Source of the DNA: Cenarchaeum sp.
Lineage (GTDB): Archaea > Thermoproteota > Nitrososphaeria > Nitrososphaerales > Nitrosopumilaceae
Direction: 5' to 3'
Length of the DNA: 64,000 bases
Assembly (NCBI GenBank): GCA_965212015.1
Contig: OZ243037.1
Location: 1,024,001-1,088,000 of the forward strand
The notes under the pieces are model-generated. The model did no database searches. It saw only the letters and a list, made by a program, of their open reading frames with translations, and was not told the DNA's origin. Shown one piece after another: positions 39,301-48,485 of this stretch. Positions within the stretch are counted from its first letter, which is position 1. Each line of letters begins with the position of its first letter. Position numbers and translations under genes: made by a program.

Positions 39301-39706
39301 CGCGGATTCTCTGCCAGGAAAGGTGATCGTTTTGCAGATCAGTCAGGGGCGGGGTCTGATCTATGGGCATCCCGGAGGCATCATGCAGGTATGCTATCGA
39401 GCCTGTGTTGGGAAACCATAACGTGGTATGCAGGAATATCTGGAACGAGCCTGCCGGTATGGTGGTTCCCGCCGGAATCACCAGCGGCTGTCTAAAGCCG
39501 GAGGATGCGACCTGCCATTCGCCGATATAGACGTCGTCTCCAGTCGGGTTGTAGAGCTCCACCCATTCGGTGATGGTCTTTGAGTCATCCCCCGGCGGGT
39601 TGATGTCAATCTCGTTGATTACTATGGAATCTGACTGCGCAAACGCAGGCGTGAGGCCCGCCATCAGGGCGGCAAATGCAAGGATGGCAAGGAGTTTGGG
39701 GGCCAT
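36395..39706 (-). CDS. large surface protein with lamin-tail domain and tandem Ig-like repeats
   Basis: Signal peptide; VINEI.INP.G.D...EWVELYNPT (LTD); repeated TD+..Y..G-T..ISG modules. Confidence 0.88.
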   Translation of the reverse strand: MAPKLLAILAFAALMAGLTPAFAQSDSIVINEIDINPPGDDSKTITEWVELYNPTGDDVYIGEWQVASSGFRQPLVIPAGTTIPAGSFQIFLHTTLWFPNTGSIAYLHDASGMPIDQTPPLTDLQNDHLSWQRIRDGYGSSIGDWKFEPATINTRNGQIDEVLEQRQLTVTLSTDKPEYVFGEYAVISGDVSEKISVEKPIFGVATIEMTVNGPGYARQFSLYPDAQLNYETQISLQEVLGVRHGTYNVSVEYAGSTAQAQFLVGDPAVITDRQDAGKFSVFTDADSYIPGQTIKLSGNLTRTYQFEGVQFQVYNPDGAKHFGGALYPDSSGRFSTDLFTSRINPIFGTYSVTAEYFGLTAESSFELAPELIEDVPISLSTDSEVYDIGDTVVISGRLNNIWIPSLDIEIEQISRAPADSEAASDGTVPEERDGRLDTLVQFFTKKTDLTRLAGDSTFEYEFDIVNDPNRYGEYRVKVSQDVGTAQIFFRVTENATAYTGDETTPLTVRTDRASYDLGDTFTITGKVNKIFTSSTFHTNLVSIKISEVGGSTLKTQEFKARLGAAGIEPVVYSLTAVPDSGGNFLVEDTLHRRQYSPGMYVIEASYAADKYKARDTFTVTDSLDIGEQYRIDLNKEVFGLDETVTVDGIFSGLAQAELKIVLHKPDGDIDEFGALTENSRFSWSWQTPIAEKTQTVSNERGTTMSNYGVYKAVFKTNSQNVNVFFKVSPNPEADTLRTQPVEVTTDRQVYNAGTNMVISGTAQKRDQGQEGLVTEDRVKISVKQAFAPLRELYTTFLYLDNGGNFETELNLPVTIFGEGKYKITAFYNKHRSTASFSVDNELKYGGDEKLALIIGIDKENYMSGETVHITGRLNKLVHLEKIDLTILHEEKAQSICGNLPVCGSAGSTVTLLPSSAGMFEYDYTIGSEPEDLGSYRILADVAFGTFESRFTVGDPPAEPEPQALRVIEKFNRILDDAIAINSVISVQNGTELAPRVIQGSLFTTARGQEASVNLRVVTGNGTCVIGPGCLVSESTRTVQGIYKTADIDGKSYNIRYSGPDAILEKFSVLPADDTIHIGLWNVEILKDDQPSRFYYKITRVSQE

Positions 39707-39878
39707 GTCTGTACGCATTTCAGATTTTAGCCATTTTAGAATCAAATAGAGTAAAAGTTGAGCTGCTTGTTAAAGTCATAGATGCCGCGCGGTTCACCCG
39801 TAAATTCGGGCATTATTTGTAATAAAGCATGCGCAACAATCGTATTGCGCCCAGAAACAGGCCTATGATTCGGGCCAG

Positions 39879-40130
39879 TCACGCCGGCTCGTCATCGCAG
39901 ACGGCGCACCTGCCGCCTTTTATCTGGTTGCCGCACTCGGCGCAAAACCCCTCCCCTGCCTGCCTGTCAAGGGCGGCCTTTCTGTTGGCAGTTATCGACT
40001 TTAGGCCAAAAAATATCGCGGCACCTATGGCCAGCGCGTACGGAAACGCCAGGTACACCATGGCTGCCATGACGATCATTGCGGTGGCCGCCAAAAGTAT
40101 GGCGTCCCTTTTGACAAAATACAATGCCAC
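39879..40130 (-). CDS. small membrane protein with C-terminal Zn ribbon
   Basis: Hydrophobic N-half, then CAECG...CAVC; GTG start inferred. Confidence 0.7.
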   Translation of the reverse strand: MALYFVKRDAILLAATAMIVMAAMVYLAFPYALAIGAAIFFGLKSITANRKAALDRQAGEGFCAECGNQIKGGRCAVCDDEPA

Positions 40131-40182
40131 GGTACCGGACGAATTCGATAAAAAGCTATGCCGCCGCACGTGCCGGAAAAAA

Positions 40183-40256
40183 TGGGATTGGCAGGATTTG
40201 AACCTGCGGTCTCTAGCACCCAAAGCTAGAATCATACCAAGCTAGACTACAATCCC
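40183..40256 (-). tRNA. tRNA-Pro (anticodon UGG)
   Basis: GGGATTG acceptor stem pairs with CAATCCC; anticodon arm CTAGC-TTTGGGT-GCTAG; T-arm GCAGG-TTCAAAT-CCTGC; no intron and no encoded CCA. Confidence 0.97.
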
Positions 40257-40335
40257 AACGAATCAGCAGGCGCTTACCTCCAATTTAAGCATGACATATG
40301 ATGATTTTAAATAACCAGCGGGCAGAGACGGGACG

Positions 40336-41232
40336 ATGAACCTGCAGGACTATGTCGAGGCCGGCAAGATTGCATCGCAGGTGCGCGAGGCGGCAAGAAA
40401 GAAAAACTGGGTGGGAAGGACGGTCTATGAGATCTGCGAGGAGCTGGAGGGACAGATAAGGGGCCTCGGGGCAAAGTGCGCGTTTCCGGTGAATGCCAGC
40501 ATAAACGAGACGGCGGCCCACTATACCGCAGAGCCCGGCGACGAGCGCACGATTGCAGAGGATGATCTCGTAAAGCTTGATCTTGGCGCGCAGATCAACG
40601 GGTTCATTGCGGATACTGCGGTGACTGTAAACTATGATCCCGCGTACGACGGCATGGTGTCGGCAGCAGAGGACGCGCTGTCTGACGCAATGTCGATGGT
40701 GAGGGCCGGCGTCAGGGCAAGCGACGTCGGAAGGACCATAGAAAAGACGATAAAACGCCTGGGATTCAAGCCCATAGCCAACCTCAGCGGGCATTCCCTA
40801 GGCCGGTATTCCATTCACGCGGGAAGATCGATTCCGAACATCTGGTCTATCACGTCGTTTTCACTCTCAGGCGCCAGCGCGTATGCGTGCGAGCCCTTTG
40901 TCACCACCAGAGAGGGGCTGGGCTTTGTCAGGGAGGGCAGGATCAGGAACATCTATGCAATGGTGTCAAGGAAAAAGACAAAGGACGCAGAGGCAGACAG
41001 GCTGCTTGACTATATCTGGGAGAATTTCAACATGCTGCCCTTTGCGCTGCGGTGGATTACGGGGCAGTGGGAGGAGGACAGGGCGCGCGAGCTGCTAGAT
41101 GTACTGGTCAGAAAAAAAACAGTCCACGCATATCCCATACTGGTGGAGGCAAACGGGCAACGAGTCGCGCAGGCAGAGCACACATTTATTCCCGTCGAGG
41201 GCGGCGCGACGATTACCACCATCACCCGGTAG
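40336..41232 (+). CDS. map: methionine aminopeptidase type II
   Basis: AAHYT, KLDLG...IADTA, NLSGH, EPF, AQAEHT. Confidence 0.96.
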   Translation: MNLQDYVEAGKIASQVREAARKKNWVGRTVYEICEELEGQIRGLGAKCAFPVNASINETAAHYTAEPGDERTIAEDDLVKLDLGAQINGFIADTAVTVNYDPAYDGMVSAAEDALSDAMSMVRAGVRASDVGRTIEKTIKRLGFKPIANLSGHSLGRYSIHAGRSIPNIWSITSFSLSGASAYACEPFVTTREGLGFVREGRIRNIYAMVSRKKTKDAEADRLLDYIWENFNMLPFALRWITGQWEEDRARELLDVLVRKKTVHAYPILVEANGQRVAQAEHTFIPVEGGATITTITR

Positions 41233-41395
41233 GCTCGCCAAATATGCGCTCTATTAGCAGCACGCCGCCGCAGGAGCACTTTGCAGCCTCTAAAAACACG
41301 TAATCGCCGTCCCTGAATTTCCGGCGAATCTCCCTCTTGCACTGCCCGCACCGCTCAACAGAGTATGTCACGACGGTCTTTTTTTTCTCAAACAC
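41222..41395 (-). CDS. small Zn-ribbon protein (57 aa)
   Basis: Manual translation MFEKKKTVVTYSVERCGQCKREIRRKFRDGDYVFLEAAKCSCGGVLLIERIFGEPTG; coupled to the DUF1512 stop. Confidence 0.78.
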   Translation of the reverse strand: MFEKKKTVVTYSVERCGQCKREIRRKFRDGDYVFLEAAKCSCGGVLLIERIFGEPTG

Positions 41396-42510
41396 TACTG
41401 GCCCACCCCCGCGGTGTTTCCAACCCCGACTATCAGGACTGACTGTCCCTGAATGGTGTTTTCCCTTATCATCTCGTATATCTGGGAGCGCACATCGTCT
41501 GCCTTTAGCGCAATCTCTTTTGTCATGAGTCCGACTGCCTCCTTTACTGACTGCCTTACTATTATTGCAAGGATTGGAATGTTTTGCCTTGCCGCCTCCT
41601 CCTCTATCTGAAAGCGCTCCGTTCCAATCCCGCCGATCGCAGCGCCAAACCCCCTTGCAACGGTTGCAGAGTCCTCGCCCTCCATCTTTAGCGACGCATC
41701 AACCATTATGATTGCATCCGGCCTGTTCTTGGATAGCATGTTTTTTACCCCGTCGCCGAGCCGGCCGACGGTGGACAGCGGGCCCTGCGCCTTTATCAGG
41801 TACAGCGTCCTGCCCTCAAACGCAGACTCGCCCCAGACAGTCTGAAACGCCGCCTCGTTTTTTTCAGTATTTAACATCATTCTGCCCACCACCATGGGCC
41901 CTATCCCGTCGCCGACGGGTTGTCCCGCCATAAAGGCCGGAACCGCCTTTTTAAGCGCCTCGGCCTGCTCCATTATAAAGGGAAGCATCATTTGTAATGG
42001 AAGAATCAGCGGAAAGTTCTTTTGTCTTTTGGCGGTAAGAAACAGGTGGTTGGTTATCTTGTATAACAGCTGCAGCGTGGAGGAGATTTCAAGCAGCGTC
42101 TGGATTCTTGCAACGTCTGCATCATCCATATCTGGCGACATTGCCCTGACGTGCCGCCTGGTATGGTCCTCCCTTGAGCGCACAAAGTGCTGCACCTTGG
42201 GCACGATGCCGGCCGGATCCATGTCCACCGGCATTATCGAAAAATAGTCGATAAAGGTGTCCAGTTTTTTTTCCGGATCCTTTACGTGTTTTTTGACAAA
42301 CCCTACGAGCTCCTGCCTTGACTCGTCGCGGTACTCTGACAGCTTTGTGATGCTTTTTTTAATTTCACCCGACGTCACCATGAGCTGGATTCGCTGCCCG
42401 TAAAAGACGAAAAGAATTATCGGCAGTATCCAGATCAGCATTATGAGCGGGTTTGAGTCAGAGCCGAATCCAAAAAACTCGTCAATGTCAAAATTTGTCA
42501 GATCCAACAC
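41395..42510 (-). CDS. DUF1512-family protein
   Basis: PVDMDPAGIV, PVGDGIGP, VDASLKMEGE, GAAIGGIG.E, GVGNT.GVGQ. Confidence 0.88.
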   Translation of the reverse strand: MLDLTNFDIDEFFGFGSDSNPLIMLIWILPIILFVFYGQRIQLMVTSGEIKKSITKLSEYRDESRQELVGFVKKHVKDPEKKLDTFIDYFSIMPVDMDPAGIVPKVQHFVRSREDHTRRHVRAMSPDMDDADVARIQTLLEISSTLQLLYKITNHLFLTAKRQKNFPLILPLQMMLPFIMEQAEALKKAVPAFMAGQPVGDGIGPMVVGRMMLNTEKNEAAFQTVWGESAFEGRTLYLIKAQGPLSTVGRLGDGVKNMLSKNRPDAIIMVDASLKMEGEDSATVARGFGAAIGGIGTERFQIEEEAARQNIPILAIIVRQSVKEAVGLMTKEIALKADDVRSQIYEMIRENTIQGQSVLIVGVGNTAGVGQ

Positions 42511-42679
42511 CAGCTGGGATTAGGGTTTCCAAATTAAAACATTCGGTATTTGCTCCCTGCTCCGGAGGACCATTCCCGCAGGCCGGTGCGATCCCGAGTC
42601 CCGTCCTGCGTCTTGATCACGCAACTGGCCTATGGGGCGATCAATGACTTATTATAGTTAATGTTGGAGAATCCTGTAA

Positions 42680-43240
42680 TTGCCGCAAACCAAACCCATT
42701 GTAAGTGTCGAAAACGTCGTGGCCTCGGCGTCGGTAGACCAAAAGATGGATCTAAACGAGATTACCAGAACGTTTCCGGACGTAGAGTACCACCCTGATC
42801 AGTTTCCCGGCCTGGTCTTTAGGCTAAAGAACCCAAAGACGGCGACGCTCATCTTTACCTCAGGCAAGATGGTCTGTACGGGCTCCAAGTCCGAAGAGAT
42901 GGCGCGAAAGGCGGTAAGGACGGTCGTCCAGAAACTCAGAAAGGGGGGCATTAAGATCAAGAAAAACGCAGTAGTAGAGATACAAAACATAGTCGCCTCA
43001 ATCAACCTTGGCGGAAAGATACACCTTGAGCAGGCCGCAAGGACGCTGCCAAGAAGCATGTACGAGCCAGAGCAGTTTCCCGGCCTCATTCACAGGATGC
43101 TGGACCCAAAGACGGTCATTTTGTTGTTCTCGTCGGGAAAGCTTGTCTGCACGGGGGCAAAAAAGGAGCCAGACGTGTACAGATCGGTCAACAATCTGCA
43201 CGCGCTGCTAGAGGAAAAAGACTTAATGATCTATGACTGA
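42680..43240 (+). CDS. tbp: TATA-box-binding protein
   Basis: Two repeats of NVVAS...Y.P.QFPGL...LIF.SGK.VCTG. Confidence 0.98.
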   Translation: MPQTKPIVSVENVVASASVDQKMDLNEITRTFPDVEYHPDQFPGLVFRLKNPKTATLIFTSGKMVCTGSKSEEMARKAVRTVVQKLRKGGIKIKKNAVVEIQNIVASINLGGKIHLEQAARTLPRSMYEPEQFPGLIHRMLDPKTVILLFSSGKLVCTGAKKEPDVYRSVNNLHALLEEKDLMIYD

Positions 43241-43291
43241 GTGCGGTTTTTGCCCAAGCTGCGGGGGCGGTACGGGGGACGGTTTTTGCTT

Positions 43292-43987
43292 ATGCGTATA
43301 ATAAAGACAGGCGACTTTACGCTGGACGGAATAACCCTGATAAGCTCGCTGCCGGACATGGGCAGGGTGGGCGGACTGGTCACCGAGCATTTGAGAAAGA
43401 CCCTTGATGTCTCTGATGTGGCAAGGATTACCATACACGACAAGCCGTGGGTCAACCAAAGGGACGGCATAATAGACTATCCCGTAGACGAGTATGTGAT
43501 AACTGCGGACAAGAAAAGGGGCATTGTAATTTTTTCCGGCAGGGGCCAGCCGCAGGAGTCATACACCGTAAAAGAGCTCGCAAAAAAGCTGCTATCAACG
43601 GTGCGGGAGTTTGGAAGGATAGACATGGTAATCTCGGCAGGCGGATACCTTCCAAGCGAGCAGGACGCAGGGGACGTGTTTGGCGTCGCAACGGATGCAA
43701 AGTCCCTTGACTTGCTAAAGTCGCACAATGTCGGGCCGCTGAGCGGGGAGGTAAACAGCATAACGTGGTTCAACGGGCTGGTGCTGGGCCACGCAAAAAA
43801 CATGGGAATCGCAGGCATCGGCCTGTTTGGAAAGATAGAGGACGCCGAGACTCCGCAGTACAGGGCGGCAAGCAATGTTGTAAGGAAAATCTCGGACATA
43901 ATCGGGGTCAAAATCGACACGGCAGAGCTTGACTGTAAGATAGTGGAGCGTCCGGCAAAGACGCGACACGGTCCGGGAATCGGCTAG
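43292..43987 (+). CDS. PAC2-family proteasome assembly chaperone
   Basis: LPDMGRVGGLV..HL, QPQ, GGY, GLVLG.A; start could instead be GTG 43241. Confidence 0.85.
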   Translation: MRIIKTGDFTLDGITLISSLPDMGRVGGLVTEHLRKTLDVSDVARITIHDKPWVNQRDGIIDYPVDEYVITADKKRGIVIFSGRGQPQESYTVKELAKKLLSTVREFGRIDMVISAGGYLPSEQDAGDVFGVATDAKSLDLLKSHNVGPLSGEVNSITWFNGLVLGHAKNMGIAGIGLFGKIEDAETPQYRAASNVVRKISDIIGVKIDTAELDCKIVERPAKTRHGPGIG

Positions 43988-44314
43988 CTACTTTACCGGG
44001 CTTCCCGGCGGAACGTCCCCGCCGGCAGTCAGCCAGTACGGCCTGTCATTGACGTCTGCTGCCAAAAGCATCGCGCGCGACTCGATGCCTGCGATTTTTT
44101 TTGGCTCCAGGTTGACCAGGGCAATCACCGTCCGGCCCACCAGATCCTGCTCGGTGTAATGCTGGGCGCCGCCGATGATTACGCTCCTCGTCTCGCCCCC
44201 CAGATCAATCACCCCCCGGACTATGCGGGATTTGCCCGGAATGGCCTCGACTGAGACGATTCTGGCCGCCCGCATATCCAGCCTTGCAAAATCGTCATAC
44301 GTTATGTCCTGCAC
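43988..44314 (-). CDS. tRNA-binding OB-fold protein (Trbp111/CsaA-like)
   Basis: DDFARLDMR...VNLEPKKIAGIES..MLLAA. Confidence 0.92.
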   Translation of the reverse strand: MQDITYDDFARLDMRAARIVSVEAIPGKSRIVRGVIDLGGETRSVIIGGAQHYTEQDLVGRTVIALVNLEPKKIAGIESRAMLLAADVNDRPYWLTAGGDVPPGSPVK

Positions 44315-44494
44315 GGGAATAGTCGCCTGCAGCCTTTAAAAAAATCATCCGCCCCATATAATGAAAGCAGACTGCAAGGGAAGAATGGCAAAATGTCCAA
44401 GAACTGGAGTTAATGTTCGATTGACAGATTGCCCCTCACAGTCTGGCCTGCCTACAAACAGATCTAATATATCTATTCGGAATATACCCCAAAT

Positions 44495-44926
44495 ATGGCA
44501 GTAATCCGGGCAAGGGTGGAGATTGGCGCCCCCGCCGAGAGGGTGTGGGCGATAATATCGGATTTGGACGGCGAGCCCAGGTTCTGGAAGGGGACAAAAA
44601 GCGTGAGGAACATCTCTAGGCAGGGCGACGTGATAACCAGGGAGGTTACGATCGCCTTTCAGGACAGAAAATGCATGCAAAAAGTCACGCTGCACCCAAG
44701 GGAGGGCATCGAGATAGTGTTTACCGGCGGAATAATACAGGGCACAAAGTCAGTGGCCATCCTGCCGGGAGACGATCATACCGTCCTGCAGGCAGTCTGG
44801 GACGTCAGGCTTTCCGGAGTGATGGGCGTGTTTACCGGAATCATCAAGGGACACATCGAAAGCGGCACGCAGCACGCACTGCAGGAAATCAAAAAGGAGG
44901 CAGAGGGCGGCGCCGATGCCGGCTGA
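44495..44926 (+). CDS. SRPBCC/START-family protein
   Basis: VEIGAPAERVWAIISD...P.FW. Confidence 0.88.
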   Translation: MAVIRARVEIGAPAERVWAIISDLDGEPRFWKGTKSVRNISRQGDVITREVTIAFQDRKCMQKVTLHPREGIEIVFTGGIIQGTKSVAILPGDDHTVLQAVWDVRLSGVMGVFTGIIKGHIESGTQHALQEIKKEAEGGADAG

Positions 44927-46115
44927 TCTCATAAACTATCCCCTTGCGTCAATAATGATCGGGGTGGCATGCACGTGGGCGTGGCTGCTAAAATCAATGA
45001 TCGACTCGCACCTAAAGACGCCGCGCCTGGACGACTTTGAGGATGCCGGCGGCAGAAAACCCTCAGTCTCTGTAATTGTGCCGGCGCGCAACGAGCAGCA
45101 TTACATCAAGAGATGCCTGGACTCGCTGGCGGCACAGGATTATCCGGACTGTGAGATAATTGCAATAGATGACTCGTCAGAGGACGACACCGGGGGAATA
45201 ATTGCAGAGTTTGCAAAAAAAAATTCCGGAACGGTCCACGTCAGCGCCGATCCAAAGCCGGACGGATGGATGGGAAAGAACTGGGCGTGCATGGAGGGAT
45301 ACAAGAGGGCGACAGGCGAGCTGCTTTTGTTCACCGACTCGGATACGAAACACGCGCCAAACATAGTCTCACTTGCAGTGGCGCACCTCCAGTCGCGAAA
45401 TCTTGACGCACTTACGGTGATTCCAAGGATGGCATGCAATGATTTCTGGACGAGGATAACGCTTCCCATGATCTCGACGTTTCTTCACACCAGGTTTTCT
45501 GCGCTAAGGGTAAATGATCCCTCAAAGGACACGGGTTATTTTTTTGGCAGCTTTTTCATCATAAAAAGGGGCGCGTATAATGCAGTCGGGGCGCACGAGG
45601 GTGTAAGACAGGAGATCATCGAGGACGGCGCGCTGGGAAAAAAGATCAAAGAGTCCGGCCATATAATGAGGATGGTGTCCGGATACGGCCTGCTGGAGGC
45701 AGTCTGGGCCAGGGACAGGTCGACTCTGTGGCACGCACTAAGGAGGCTCATGGTCCCGCTGTACCTGCAGAATAGCAGGGTGGCAGTGGCCGCGTTTTTT
45801 GCAGTCGCATTCCTGCTGTTCGTGCCGTTCGTACTGCTGGCATATTCTGCTGCCCTGCTTGGTTTTGAGCAGTCATATATGGTGCTGTTTGGCGCGTCTG
45901 CCGCAGCATCTGCCATGGTATACGCCGCTGCAATAATTGAGACCCGGATGCTGCATCTGGGGTGGCGCTATGCGCTGCTAGGGCCACTGGGCGGGCTCGT
46001 GGTGGTGCTGGGCTTTCAAAGCGGGCTCGCCCACGCAATGGGCGACTCTGCCGTAAGCTGGCGCGGCAGGAGCTATTCCATGAAGGACTATGCCCAAAAC
46101 CCGATAAATGTCTAG
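44916..46115 (+). CDS. glycosyltransferase family 2, membrane-bound
   Basis: SVIVPARNE, IDDSSED, GWMGKNWA, FTDSD, EDGALG. Confidence 0.93.
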   Translation: MPADLINYPLASIMIGVACTWAWLLKSMIDSHLKTPRLDDFEDAGGRKPSVSVIVPARNEQHYIKRCLDSLAAQDYPDCEIIAIDDSSEDDTGGIIAEFAKKNSGTVHVSADPKPDGWMGKNWACMEGYKRATGELLLFTDSDTKHAPNIVSLAVAHLQSRNLDALTVIPRMACNDFWTRITLPMISTFLHTRFSALRVNDPSKDTGYFFGSFFIIKRGAYNAVGAHEGVRQEIIEDGALGKKIKESGHIMRMVSGYGLLEAVWARDRSTLWHALRRLMVPLYLQNSRVAVAAFFAVAFLLFVPFVLLAYSAALLGFEQSYMVLFGASAAASAMVYAAAIIETRMLHLGWRYALLGPLGGLVVVLGFQSGLAHAMGDSAVSWRGRSYSMKDYAQNPINV

Positions 46116-46150
46116 TAAACGTTTTTAGATAAATTCGGCGGATCAACCCC

Positions 46151-47275
46151 ATGAACGCATCGGGGGCAGTCGTGGGAGGGGCGCTTGGCGCAGCCACAAT
46201 ACTGCTGATTCTCACAGTAATGGTATATCCGCCGGCGTCAATGGAGGCGCCCCGTACCGGCGCGTATGACGCAGTAGCAGATCAGATCGCGCCGTACGGT
46301 GCAGGCACGCTCTCGCTAATAGAGATCTTTGAGAGGACAGAGTCAGGAACGGTAAGAGTCGAGGTGAAAAGGGACGGCGGTGCAGAGTCAAACGGCGTGG
46401 GCTCCGGGTTTGTCTTTGACAAGAGGGGCCACATTATTACAAACTCCCACGTGGTGCGCGGGGCAGACAGGATGGTCGTCACGTTTCTTGACGGCCGCTC
46501 GTACAATGCCGACATTGTAGGTCAGGACAGGTACACGGACATTGCAGTAATCAGGGTGGCAGCAGACAGGGATCTGCTAAGGCCCATCCCGCTTGGGGAC
46601 TCGGCAAACCTCAAGGTGGGCGAGCAGATTGCGGCGATTGGAAACCCGTTCGGGCTTTCTGGCTCGATGACATCAGGCATAGTAAGCCAGCTTGGGCGGC
46701 TGCTTCCCGCAGAGGACGGCGTGTTTCAGATTCCCGACATAATCCAGACAGACGCCGCAATCAATCCCGGAAACTCTGGCGGGCCGCTGCTAAACATGAG
46801 GGGCGAGATAGTGGGAATCAATACGGCGATTCAGTCAGGTACCGGCGAGTTTACCGGGGTGGGCTTTGCCGTTCCCTCGCAGACAGTCGCAAAGATCGTT
46901 CCCAGCATAATAAGGGACGGCCTGTACCACCATCCGTGGCTTGGCATCTCCGGAAGGGACATTGATCCCGATCTTGCCGGGGTACTGAACCTTGAGGATG
47001 CCAGGGGATTTCTAATCGTAACGGTAGTCGAGGACAGTCCGGCAGACAGGGCGGGCCTTCACGGTTCTGCCGGCACCAGGGAGATAGGCGGGATCAGCTA
47101 TCCGACGGGCGGGGATGTAATCATTGCAGTGGACGGAATCGACGTAAGAAAAATAGACGACATTCTAATCCACCTGCAGAGGCAAAAATCCGTCGGTGAC
47201 GAGATAACGCTGGATGTCCTCAGGGACGGAAGGAGCACCTCGTTTGTCCTGACTTTGGAAAAGCGCCCCAGCTGA
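46151..47275 (+). CDS. HtrA/DegP-like serine protease with PDZ domain
   Basis: GSGF...TNSHVV, DIAV, IQTDAAINPGNSGGPL, C-terminal PDZ. Confidence 0.96.
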   Translation: MNASGAVVGGALGAATILLILTVMVYPPASMEAPRTGAYDAVADQIAPYGAGTLSLIEIFERTESGTVRVEVKRDGGAESNGVGSGFVFDKRGHIITNSHVVRGADRMVVTFLDGRSYNADIVGQDRYTDIAVIRVAADRDLLRPIPLGDSANLKVGEQIAAIGNPFGLSGSMTSGIVSQLGRLLPAEDGVFQIPDIIQTDAAINPGNSGGPLLNMRGEIVGINTAIQSGTGEFTGVGFAVPSQTVAKIVPSIIRDGLYHHPWLGISGRDIDPDLAGVLNLEDARGFLIVTVVEDSPADRAGLHGSAGTREIGGISYPTGGDVIIAVDGIDVRKIDDILIHLQRQKSVGDEITLDVLRDGRSTSFVLTLEKRPS

Positions 47276-47312
47276 CTGGCACAAAAATAAATACTTGTAG
47301 GCAGGCTAGTCC

Positions 47313-48485
47313 TTGTTGAACGGGCTTGTATTTGATTCCGAGGTTTTAAACAGGGCGCTCGACGGCGGCGCGGCCTCAAGGGGCGAGATGACAGAGCTCG
47401 TCGAGTGCGCACAGGACAATCCGCACGAGCTCTTTGGGGCGGCCCGGCTGCTCAGAAAAAACACACACGGGCAGGTGGTGTCGTTTTCAAAAAAGGCGTT
47501 CTTTAACCTGGTCAACCTGTGCAGGGACACGTGCACGTACTGTACGTACAAGTCAGAGCCCGCAGGGGCGTCGGCATCCATGATGGACAGGCATGACGTG
47601 GCAGAGCTGATACGCCTTGCAAAAAGGCACCGCTGCGTGGAGGCGCTCTTTGTGACAGGCGAGAGGCCGGAGGAAAGATACGGTGCTGCGCGCGCATGGC
47701 TCGGGAAAAACGGGTTTTCAAGCACGGCAGAATACCTGGTCCACTGCTCAGAGATGGCGCTATCCGCCGGACTGTTCCCCCACACAAACGCCGGAAACCT
47801 CACAAAAAAGGAGCTCGGCGAGCTCAAAAAAACGAACGCCAGCATGGGGCTGATGCTGGAGAACGCAAGCGAGCGCATGATGGAGAGGGGAATGCCGCAC
47901 CACCTGGCGCCAAGCAAGGCCCCCGCCGAGAGGCTCGGGACGCTGAGGAATGCCGGCGAGCTGGGCATTCCAATGACTACCGGCCTGCTAGTCGGCATAG
48001 GCGAGACTGCATACGAGCTAGTCGACTCGCTTTTTGCCATAAGGGGCATTCACGAAAGGTACGGAAACATACAGGAGGTGATTCTGCAAAACTTTCAGCC
48101 AAAGCCCCATACCGCCATGAGAAACCGCCCGCCGGCAGAAGAGACATATTTTAGGATCATTGTTGCACTGACAAGGATAATCATGCCGCAAACAAACATA
48201 CAGATTCCCCCAAACCTCTCGCCGAGCTCGTACCAGGACTTTCTTGGAATAGGGATAAACGACTGGGGCGGAATCTCGCCGCTGACGCCGGACTATGTAA
48301 ACCCAGAGTTTGCGTGGCCGGCAATAGACAGGGTTGAAAAAAACTGCAGGGACGCGGGCTTTGACTTAAAGTGCCGCTTTCCCGCATATCCCGAGTTTCT
48401 GGGCGGCCTGGATGATAATCTAAAGGAAAGGATACGCCCCCTGTCAGATGACTGCGGCTTTGTAATCGAGGAGCACTGGAGATGA
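47313..48485 (+). CDS. cofG: FO synthase subunit 1
   Basis: Radical SAM CRDTCTYC, PHTNAG, SMGLMLE, GINDWGGISP. Confidence 0.95.
   Translation: MLNGLVFDSEVLNRALDGGAASRGEMTELVECAQDNPHELFGAARLLRKNTHGQVVSFSKKAFFNLVNLCRDTCTYCTYKSEPAGASASMMDRHDVAELIRLAKRHRCVEALFVTGERPEERYGAARAWLGKNGFSSTAEYLVHCSEMALSAGLFPHTNAGNLTKKELGELKKTNASMGLMLENASERMMERGMPHHLAPSKAPAERLGTLRNAGELGIPMTTGLLVGIGETAYELVDSLFAIRGIHERYGNIQEVILQNFQPKPHTAMRNRPPAEETYFRIIVALTRIIMPQTNIQIPPNLSPSSYQDFLGIGINDWGGISPLTPDYVNPEFAWPAIDRVEKNCRDAGFDLKCRFPAYPEFLGGLDDNLKERIRPLSDDCGFVIEEHWR

Noticed and set aside
40183-40256. tRNA-Pro as an integration site
   Set aside because: Both flanks are ordinary genes; I saw no integrase or duplicate of the tRNA 3' end in the window.
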